Below, piece after piece: positions 24,860-32,000 of a DNA stretch of 32,000 nucleotides. Each line of letters begins with the position of its first letter. Position 1 is the first letter of the stretch. Below the pieces are notes generated by a model. The model did not search any database. It was given only the letters and a program-made list of their open reading frames with translations, and was not told where the DNA came from. The translations under genes were made by a program, and so were the position numbers. Origin of the DNA: Candidatus Pacearchaeota archaeon (GTDB lineage Archaea > Nanobdellota > Nanobdellia > Pacearchaeales > UBA284); contig CP061211.1 of the NCBI GenBank assembly GCA_026016245.1, forward strand, positions 270,001 through 302,000, read 5' to 3'.

Positions 24860-26989
24860 ATGAAATCAGCAGAGCTCAAGAAGAGATATATAGAATTTTT
24901 CAAAAAGAAAGGACATAAAGAAATTCCTAATGCTAGTCTTATTCCAGAACATGATCCAAGTGTGTTATTCACGACAGCTGGAATGCATCCTCTAGTTCCT
25001 TTCCTTCTTGGACAGAAACATCCACAAGGCAAAAGGTTAGTTAATGCTCAAAAATGTTTAAGAACACAAGATATAGATGAAGTAGGCAATCCAATGCATC
25101 TCTCTTTTTTCGAAATGTTAGGAAACTGGTCATTAGGAGATTATTGGAAAAAGGAAGCAACTGAATACAGTTATGAATTTTTAACAAAAATTCTGAAGAT
25201 TGATCCAGAAAAATTATATATCACATGTTTTGCTGGAGATAAGGATGTTCCTAGAGATGAAGAGACAGCAAAAATCTGGCAATCTTTAGGCATTCCAAGA
25301 GAAAGAATTTACTTTTTGAGCAAGGAAGAAAATTGGTGGGGGCCTGTAGGAGAAACTGGGCCTTGCGGACCTGATACAGAGATGTTTGTTGATACAGGAA
25401 AAAAATCCTGTAGTAAGAATTGCCGTCCAGGATGTCCTTGTGGTAAATATTTTGAAATCTGGAATGATGTTTTTATGCAATACAACAAGACAAAAGTAAA
25501 AGCAATTCTCATCGATGCAATTCATTGTTTGTTTGACGAAAATAGAAAGATAAATAAAGAATTATTAGATTCGTTGATAACTTACGATATGTCTTTAATA
25601 ATTGTTACTAATGCTAATCTCGAAGACAAGAAAAACAAACCTCTTACAGAATTAATAAATAAATTTAAAGAGAAAATAGAAATTTTTACTTGTTTTAATA
25701 ATCCAAGTAAAAAAGATTCCAAATATTTTGAAATGTTATTAAAAGAATATAATCTAAAACCAGACGAAGTTATTTATTTTGATCATTCAACAGACAATAT
25801 AAACTCTGCTAGAAAAATAGGTATTAACTCAAAATTATACAAATCTCCTAAACAAATCAAAAAATTCATAGAAGAAAACCTATATTATTACCAATCACTA
25901 AAACAAAAAAATGTTGATACAGGGATGGGGGTTGAAAGAACAGTTACAATACTTCAGGGGGAAAAATCTGTTTATGAAATTAAAATACTAAAGCCAATAA
26001 TGGATAAAATTAAAGAACTAGCTAAGATAAAAGAGCCAGATGAAAAACAACTAAGAAGTATGAGGATAATTACTGACCATATCAGAGCCTCTGTATTTAT
26101 ACTTGGAGATGAAAATTCTGTTGTTCCTAGCAATGTTGATCAAGGTTATATTTTAAGGAGATTTATCAGAAGAGCTATGAGATATGGAAGGCTTCTAGGA
26201 ATGCAAAATTTTATTCAAGAAATAGCAAAAATTGTTATAAAAATTAACAAAGATTATCCTCTAAAGAAAAAGGAAAAATTTATTTTATCTGAATTAAAAA
26301 AAGATGAGGAAAAATTCAGAAAAACTCTTGAAAAAGGCCTTAATAAATTTAATAGGATGGCGGTAGATAAGAAAATCTCAGGTAAAGAAGCCTTTCTTTT
26401 GTTCCAGTCTTATGGTTTTCCAATAGAAATGACAAAGGAACTAGCAGAAGAAAAAAATATTGAGATTGATGAAAAAGGATTTTATCTTGAATATAAAAAA
26501 CATCAAGAAATATCAAGAGTTGGTGCTGAAAAGAAATTCAAAGGTGGTTTATCAGATGCAAGTTATGAAACAACAAAACTTCATACAGCTGCTCATCTTC
26601 TATTATATGCATTAAGAAAAGCTTTAAATCCAGATATTGTGCAAAAAGGTTCTAATATCACCCCAGAAAGAATAAGGTTTGATTTTAATTTTGACAGAAA
26701 ATTAACAGATGATGAAATAAAGAAAGTAGAGAAAATAGTTAATGATAAAATCAAGCAAGAAATTGAAGTTGTGAGAAAAGAGATGCCTGTTACAGAGGCA
26801 AAAAAAATAGCAAAATCACCTTTTGAATATAAAAGCAAGATTGTTTCTGTTTATATTATTGATGATTGCATTGAAATTTGTATGGGGCCTCATGTTAAAA
26901 ATACAAAAGAGTTAGGAAAGTTTAAAATAACAAAACAAGAGGCTGTTGCGGGCGGAGTTAGAAGAATTAGGGCTGTTTTAGAATCTTAA
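24860..26989 (+). CDS. alaS: Alanyl-tRNA synthetase (bacterial-type, no C-Ala domain) with internal HAD-like domain at about 25493-25888
   Basis: SVLFTTAGMHPLVPFLLGQKHPQGKRLVNAQKCLRTQDIDEVG, FFEMLGNWSLGDY, KQKNVDTGMGVERTVTILQG, editing motifs HTAAH and CMGPH. The segment between MQYNKT and YYQSLKQKNVDTGMG is foreign to AlaRS. Confidence 0.93.
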   Translation: MKSAELKKRYIEFFKKKGHKEIPNASLIPEHDPSVLFTTAGMHPLVPFLLGQKHPQGKRLVNAQKCLRTQDIDEVGNPMHLSFFEMLGNWSLGDYWKKEATEYSYEFLTKILKIDPEKLYITCFAGDKDVPRDEETAKIWQSLGIPRERIYFLSKEENWWGPVGETGPCGPDTEMFVDTGKKSCSKNCRPGCPCGKYFEIWNDVFMQYNKTKVKAILIDAIHCLFDENRKINKELLDSLITYDMSLIIVTNANLEDKKNKPLTELINKFKEKIEIFTCFNNPSKKDSKYFEMLLKEYNLKPDEVIYFDHSTDNINSARKIGINSKLYKSPKQIKKFIEENLYYYQSLKQKNVDTGMGVERTVTILQGEKSVYEIKILKPIMDKIKELAKIKEPDEKQLRSMRIITDHIRASVFILGDENSVVPSNVDQGYILRRFIRRAMRYGRLLGMQNFIQEIAKIVIKINKDYPLKKKEKFILSELKKDEEKFRKTLEKGLNKFNRMAVDKKISGKEAFLLFQSYGFPIEMTKELAEEKNIEIDEKGFYLEYKKHQEISRVGAEKKFKGGLSDASYETTKLHTAAHLLLYALRKALNPDIVQKGSNITPERIRFDFNFDRKLTDDEIKKVEKIVNDKIKQEIEVVRKEMPVTEAKKIAKSPFEYKSKIVSVYIIDDCIEICMGPHVKNTKELGKFKITKQEAVAGGVRRIRAVLES
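26966..26984. repeat. 19-bp direct repeat, copy 1 (3' end of alaS)
   Basis: ATTAGGGCTGTTTTAGAAT, identical to 27985-28003. Confidence 0.9.
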
Positions 26990-27874
26990 TCTCTCTTTTT
27001 TTAACATAGATATCAAAAATCTGACAAATGATCCCAAATTGCCAGTTCTGTGCATTTTTTGTAAAACTTGATAATACTTGAACTTTCTTTTTTTTGGAAT
27101 ATTTATCATAGGATAGTGACTCTTATGCATTATAAAATTCATTAATAATCTCCCAACTCTGCCATTACCATCAACAAAGGGATGTATTCTTTCAAATTCT
27201 GTATGAAAATAAGAAGCTAAAACTAGCGGATGCAGTTTCTTTTTATTTGTACCATACCATCTTAATAATTTTGCCATTTCTCTAGGAACATCTTGCGGTT
27301 TAGGTGGGATTGATCTTCCAACAAATACCTGAATAGTTCTATATCTGCCTATTTGAGAAATCAAATCTTGTCTTAGCGCATTTATAATAACCAGCTTATG
27401 AATCTCTAAAATAAATTCTTTTGTCAGGTCTTTTTTATAATTTAAGATATAGTCAAATGCTTTTTTATGATTTATTGTTTCATTAATCTCCCTCAAGGAT
27501 TTTGATTTTGGAACAATGCCTTCAAATAGCAAATAAGATGTTTCTGATAAAGTTAGGGTATTTCCTTCTATACCTGTTGAGTCATAAGTAAATAAAGAAC
27601 AAAATGCCTCATATCTATTTTCATAATTTTCCTTGGGTTCTTTAGAAAAATCCCTTTTTATTTTTTCTAAAAATTCGGTTTCTTCTTTTGTCAAGATTAC
27701 ACTAAAAACATTCAACTTTTTATCTGCATCCTTTTCTTTTCTTTTAAGCTCTTCTCTTGTCAGATTAACCCCGAGATATATTCTTTCTTTTTTTACTCGC
27801 TTTCCTTCTCTTATTGCCTTAGCCCTATAATAATATTTTTTTTTGTTTTTTTCTTGAATTTCTGTATGAACCAT
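26978..27874 (-). CDS. fic: Fic-domain protein (probable AMPylase, class II type)
   Basis: Core motif HPFVDGNGRVGRLLMN and N-terminal inhibitory motif STGIEGNTL. Confidence 0.92.
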   Translation of the reverse strand: MVHTEIQEKNKKKYYYRAKAIREGKRVKKERIYLGVNLTREELKRKEKDADKKLNVFSVILTKEETEFLEKIKRDFSKEPKENYENRYEAFCSLFTYDSTGIEGNTLTLSETSYLLFEGIVPKSKSLREINETINHKKAFDYILNYKKDLTKEFILEIHKLVIINALRQDLISQIGRYRTIQVFVGRSIPPKPQDVPREMAKLLRWYGTNKKKLHPLVLASYFHTEFERIHPFVDGNGRVGRLLMNFIMHKSHYPMINIPKKRKFKYYQVLQKMHRTGNLGSFVRFLISMLKKERLRF

Positions 27875-27882
27875 GATATAAT

Positions 27883-27938
27883 TATGACTACATTATTTAT
27901 AAATTTTTCTATTATGTAGTCATATAAATTATGACTAC
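27883..27938. promoter_or_regulatory. Three half-sites (TATGACTAC / GTAGTCATA / TATGACTAC) surrounding a TATA-like element in the fic promoter
   Basis: 27883-27891 TATGACTAC, 27916-27924 GTAGTCATA, 27930-27938 TATGACTAC. The last two form a perfect 9-bp inverted repeat with 5-nt spacer. TTTATAAATT lies between the first two. Confidence 0.6.
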
Positions 27939-27984
27939 TTTGTTGGATTTTATCCTATTTTTGTAGCCATAACGTATAAAAAGG

Positions 27985-28003
27985 ATTAGGGCTGTTTTAG
28001 AAT
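27985..28003. repeat. 19-bp direct repeat, copy 2 (distal, followed by TAA)
   Basis: ATTAGGGCTGTTTTAGAAT, identical to 26966-26984. In the alaS frame it reads RIRAVLE followed by stop TAA at 28003-28005. Confidence 0.9.
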
Positions 28004-28005
28004 AA

Positions 28006-31000
28006 TTACTCAATATAAATTGCTGGTTTTCCTGGTTTAGCTTTCTTTGCTTTCTTTTTTGGATCATAAGTTATTTTGTTAGATGTTTGAAAATCAACTT
28101 TACAATTAAATTCCTTTTCAAGTTCTTTTGGATTATAAACCTTAAGCTCTTTAGGGATAACATAAACATATATTCCTTTGGGTCTTGTTCCTAATATTTT
28201 AACAATCTGTCTTATATCTTGCTTTAACTTTTCTTGGATTTCTTCTTCTTTCTCAAATGCAAGATTAATCTTTTTTTCATTGTATTTTGGCCATGATTCA
28301 AGTGAAATGAATGTCTTATTCCATTGATGCCATAATTCTTCTGTTATGTGTGGACAGAAAGGATGAAGCATTTTCAAAAAAGCTTCTGCTGTTTTTTTAT
28401 CAATTTCTGTGAAATAATCAAATAATTTTCTGATTTTTATCACAGCAAGATTATATCTAAATTCCTTTATATCCTGAGTTACTTCTTTTATTGTCTTGTT
28501 TAATTTGCTTTCTAATCTAGGATCTGATTTTCCAAATTTAAGTTTTGTGAAATAGCCCATAACTCTATTAATAAAACGCAAACTTCCTTCAACACCTTTA
28601 TCACCCCATTTAAGGTCTTTATCAGGGCTAGCCATTGAAACTAAAAATAATCTGGCAGTATCAATTCCATATTTTTTACTGACTTCTTCTGGCAAAACAA
28701 CATTCCCATATGATTTAGACATTTTTCTGCCATCAGGGCCATGTAATACACCCTGATTAAACAGTTTTAGAGTAGGTTCATCAATATTGAGCAAACCTAA
28801 ATCTCGCAAAAATTTAGTATAGAATCTGAAATAAATAAGATGGCCTGTAGCATGTTCTTTTCCACCAATATATTGATCAATTGGCATCCAATATTTTACT
28901 TTTTTCTTATCGAAGATTTTATTTTTGTTTTTAGGATCACAATATCTCAAGAAATACCAAGAAGAATTAACAAATGTATCCATAGTATCTGTCTCTCTTT
29001 TTGCATCTTTTTTACATTTAGGACATTTGACTTTAATCCAGGTTTTTACAGTTTCAAGAGGATTTCCTTTTCCAAATTTAACTTTTTCAGGAAGTTTTAT
29101 TGGTAAATCTTTTTCAGGAACAGGAACAATACCACATTTATCACAATAAATTATAGGAATAGGGGTGCCCCAATATCTCTGCCTGCTTATAAGCCAATCT
29201 TTTAATTTATATTGAATTGTATGTTTGCCTTTGTTTTTTTGTTGTAAGGATTTTGAAATTTCAATGATTGCTTTTTCACTTGTCATCTTGTTAAATTTTC
29301 CAGAATTAACAAGAATACCATAATCAACATAAGCTTGCTTCATTGTTTTCTCACTTAACTTCTTATCTTTTTTTGGCTGTATGACAACTCTAATAGGAAT
29401 TTTGTATTTCTTGGCAAATTCAAAATCTCTCTGATCATGAGCAGGAACAGCCATTACCATTCCTGATCCATACTCTGCAAGAACAAAATTTCCTACATAA
29501 ACAGGAACTTTTTCATTATTAATTGGGTTTATTGCATATTTTCCTATAAAAACCCCTTCCTTGTCCATCTTATCAATATCTTCTTGCTTAATTCCTCTTA
29601 ACTTGCTAACAAAACTCATGACTTCTTTCTCTTGTTTTGTTCCTTTCACTAATTCTGGAAGTTCTGGATGCTGAGCAGATATAACCATGAAAGTCACACC
29701 AAAAATAGTATCTGCTCTTGTTGTGAATATTGGCCATTTTTTTCTTGAAATTACTTCTTTTAATAATTCTGGAAATTCTTGTGTTCCCATATGTTTCTCA
29801 AGAAAATGTCCTTTGTCTTTTAATGTAGTTGGGGGGACATCTAATTTCTCAGAAATTATCCTTACACTTTTTCTTATAGATTCATTTTCATTATTTGAAA
29901 CAAAGATAATAATTTCTCCAATATTCTCTTTAATTTTATTGTCAATTTTAAATCTCAACAAATCTTCAAAGGGCGTTTTTTCCTTTGCATAAGCAATTGC
30001 AGGAGCAATCAAGATTAATTTCTTTATCCTTTTCTTTGTTTCTCCTAACCACCTAATCAAAAAACCTCCTCCCCCGCTATGTCCAATTAAAACACTATTT
30101 TCATTAATATTCAAATTTTTAAATTCTTTCTTCCAATCATTATATTTTGGATTCCAGTTATTAGGCATTAATGGAGCTTCTGTTTTAATTCCTTTTTTTT
30201 CAAGTTGTTTCTTAATCCAAGGAATCCAATGTCTTTCATTTTGCGGAGGTTCTCCTCTAGCTAACTTTTCTTTATCTTTTTTATTTACTCCATGAACAAC
30301 CACGCAGTTAATATCCTTATCCTCAATCTCAAAATCAATATCAACACCATGACTCTTGCCTATCCAATATTTTTGCATTAACTTAATATCTTCTGGCCAA
30401 TCCTTTAGTTTGTCAATTTTATCATAAAGCTCTGAAGCATATTTTGTAATTTTGAAAAACCACTGCTCTAATTGCTTTATCTCAACTTCTGTATCTTCAT
30501 GACGCCAACATTTTCCATTAATAACTTGCTCGTTTGCCAGAACAGTTTTACATCTTGGACAGTAATTAACAGGAGCTTTCTTTCTGTAAGCTATTCCCTT
30601 CTTAAACATCTGCAAGAAAATCCATTGATCCCACTTGTAATAACTAAGATCATGAGTCATAACTAAGCGAGACCAATCATAACTTATGCCAAGACCTTTC
30701 TGTTGTTTGATAAAGTTGGAAATTGCTCTATCTGTATATTTTTTAGGATGAATTTTTTCTTTGATAGCTGCATTTTCTGCTGGTAATCCTAAAGAATCAT
30801 AGCCCATTGGATAAAGAACATTATAGCCTTGCATTCTCATAAATCTAGCATAAATATCCCCAATAGTATAATTAAAAGCATGACCCATATGCAAGCCATA
30901 AGCAGAAGGATATGGAAACATCTCTAATACATAGAATTTCTTCTTTCCCTTCTTCTCACTAACAACAAAGATTTTTTTCTTTTCCCACTCTTGCTGCCAC

Positions 31001-31035
31001 TTTTTTTCGATGGCTTGGAAGTTAAATCTTGCCAT
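28006..31035 (-). CDS. leuS: Leucyl-tRNA synthetase (bacterial-type) with nested alpha/beta-hydrolase domain at about 29737-30312
   Basis: PYPSAYGLHMGH, KMSKSYGNVV, GSGMVMAVPAHDQRDFEFAKKY, FTTRADTIFGVTF. An insert of about 190 aa (INCVVVHG...GHSGGGG...DKGHF...) sits between FEIEDKD and WPIFTTRADTIFG. Confidence 0.93.
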   Translation of the reverse strand: MARFNFQAIEKKWQQEWEKKKIFVVSEKKGKKKFYVLEMFPYPSAYGLHMGHAFNYTIGDIYARFMRMQGYNVLYPMGYDSLGLPAENAAIKEKIHPKKYTDRAISNFIKQQKGLGISYDWSRLVMTHDLSYYKWDQWIFLQMFKKGIAYRKKAPVNYCPRCKTVLANEQVINGKCWRHEDTEVEIKQLEQWFFKITKYASELYDKIDKLKDWPEDIKLMQKYWIGKSHGVDIDFEIEDKDINCVVVHGVNKKDKEKLARGEPPQNERHWIPWIKKQLEKKGIKTEAPLMPNNWNPKYNDWKKEFKNLNINENSVLIGHSGGGGFLIRWLGETKKRIKKLILIAPAIAYAKEKTPFEDLLRFKIDNKIKENIGEIIIFVSNNENESIRKSVRIISEKLDVPPTTLKDKGHFLEKHMGTQEFPELLKEVISRKKWPIFTTRADTIFGVTFMVISAQHPELPELVKGTKQEKEVMSFVSKLRGIKQEDIDKMDKEGVFIGKYAINPINNEKVPVYVGNFVLAEYGSGMVMAVPAHDQRDFEFAKKYKIPIRVVIQPKKDKKLSEKTMKQAYVDYGILVNSGKFNKMTSEKAIIEISKSLQQKNKGKHTIQYKLKDWLISRQRYWGTPIPIIYCDKCGIVPVPEKDLPIKLPEKVKFGKGNPLETVKTWIKVKCPKCKKDAKRETDTMDTFVNSSWYFLRYCDPKNKNKIFDKKKVKYWMPIDQYIGGKEHATGHLIYFRFYTKFLRDLGLLNIDEPTLKLFNQGVLHGPDGRKMSKSYGNVVLPEEVSKKYGIDTARLFLVSMASPDKDLKWGDKGVEGSLRFINRVMGYFTKLKFGKSDPRLESKLNKTIKEVTQDIKEFRYNLAVIKIRKLFDYFTEIDKKTAEAFLKMLHPFCPHITEELWHQWNKTFISLESWPKYNEKKINLAFEKEEEIQEKLKQDIRQIVKILGTRPKGIYVYVIPKELKVYNPKELEKEFNCKVDFQTSNKITYDPKKKAKKAKPGKPAIYIE

Positions 31036-31092
31036 ATGGAACTAAAGAATAAGATATTTTTAAATCTTAAGAAAAATTAAGAATATTAAAAA

Positions 31093-32000
31093 TCAGGAAG
31101 TCACATATAAATTTGAATTTTTATCAATCAAGCTAGCTCCCATACCTTTTCCAAACCAATAAGAATTTTGTGATTGCATACTGAATAATAAGTCAAATAA
31201 ACCTATCTCTCTTTGGTATTCCTTTATATTTACCTTTATTTCTAATTGTTCTTCAATATAATTTATTGCCTCTTCTTTTGTTCCTAACTGATCAACTAAA
31301 CCAAGATCTTTAGCTTCCTTGCCTAGATAAAACATTCCGTCAGCTAATTCTCTAACTTGTTCTTCTGTCATTCCCCTATTTTGAGCAACTTCTTTTACAA
31401 AGTCTTCATAAATAATATCAAGTTTTTTCAGGATCATTTCCCTCTCTTCATCTGTAAGTTCTCTGAAAGGGCTCATGACATCTTTATGTTCTCCAGAAGT
31501 AAGTTTTTCATAAGTTACATTATATCTTTCAAGCATGCCAGAAATTTCTAAATATGAAGCTATGACTCCTATTGAGCCTGTGAAACTTAGAGGATGTGCT
31601 ATTATATGGTCACAAGCACTTGCAACCCAATATGCTCCTGAAGTTCCTTGTTCTCTTATTAATGCTATGGTCAATTTTTCTTGTCTTGCTTTTTTTATTG
31701 CTTCTGCTATTTCACTTGAAGCAACAGCTGAACCGCCAGGACTGTTGATTTCAAAAATTATTGCCTTGATTTTTGAATCTTTTGTTGCATCTTCAATATA
31801 GGAAACAATCTCATCTGAACTTGCTGCCCTCTGAAGCATAAAATTAAAGCCTCCTGTTGTTGTGATTGTACCTTCTACAGGAATTAAAGCAACATTTTTT
31901 CCAAAATCTCCTTTACCAGCAAAAAGAACAACTATTACAACAAGAGCAATAACAGCGATAATAATTCCTATAACAATATTTCTTCCTTTTCCTCTGCCTC
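31093..32000 (-). CDS. sppA: Signal peptide peptidase SppA, family S49 (5' end beyond window)
   Basis: FEINSPGGSAVASSEIAEAIKKA, GTSGAYWVASACDHIIAHPLSFTGSIGVI. The same frame stays open upstream to 32000 and encodes an N-terminal TM (NIVIGIIIAVIALVVIVVLFAG), so the listed ORF start at 31839 is internal. Confidence 0.9.
   Translation of the reverse strand, partial: GRGKGRNIVIGIIIAVIALVVIVVLFAGKGDFGKNVALIPVEGTITTTGGFNFMLQRAASSDEIVSYIEDATKDSKIKAIIFEINSPGGSAVASSEIAEAIKKARQEKLTIALIREQGTSGAYWVASACDHIIAHPLSFTGSIGVIASYLEISGMLERYNVTYEKLTSGEHKDVMSPFRELTDEEREMILKKLDIIYEDFVKEVAQNRGMTEEQVRELADGMFYLGKEAKDLGLVDQLGTKEEAINYIEEQLEIKVNIKEYQREIGLFDLLFSMQSQNSYWFGKGMGASLIDKNSNLYVTS

Noticed and set aside
25493-25888. 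Intein in alaS
   Set aside because: Boundaries lack intein splice residues and the internal sequence fits a HAD domain.
29737-30312. Intein or group I intron in leuS
   Set aside because: No Cys/Ser at the N-junction, no HN-Cys/Ser/Thr at the C-junction, no endonuclease motif. The insert is an in-frame globular hydrolase domain.
1-32000. CRISPR array, IS element with transposase, or prophage
   Set aside because: No regularly spaced repeats, transposase, integrase or structural phage genes were seen. The only mobility-like signal is the duplication around fic.

Overview
This 32 kb window looks like part of a small, AT-rich archaeal genome, probably of DPANN type. The informational genes are archaeal (RFC large and small subunits, an RPA-like OB protein, archaeal YchF, Elp3, TrmB regulators, an archaeal SRP RNA and a BHB-type tRNA intron), but the SerRS, AlaRS and LeuRS genes look bacterial-type. 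I support about 30 CDSs, three tRNA genes (Glu-UUC, intron-containing Ile-UAU, Leu-UAA) and an SRP RNA. The strongest observations are: (1) an ATGA-overlapping two-gene operon encoding a B12-binding-type radical SAM enzyme and a divergent cyclodipeptide-synthase (CDPS)-like protein, separated from a divergently transcribed TrmB-like regulator by a perfect 16-bp palindrome; (2) two aminoacyl-tRNA synthetases with extra hydrolase-fold domains nested in their bodies, a HAD-like domain in AlaRS and a YdeN/RBBP9-like alpha/beta hydrolase in LeuRS; (3) a fic gene lying between perfect 19-bp direct repeats that duplicate the 3' end of alaS, with the distal copy preserving what looks like the original alaS stop codon; (4) an intron-containing tRNA-Ile(UAU); (5) an Elp3 gene head-to-head with a Trm9/ALKBH8-like methyltransferase; (6) a SpeD-like protein with an altered autocleavage dyad, coupled to a DNA ligase. 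All family assignments come from motif reading by eye and need profile searches and structure prediction.
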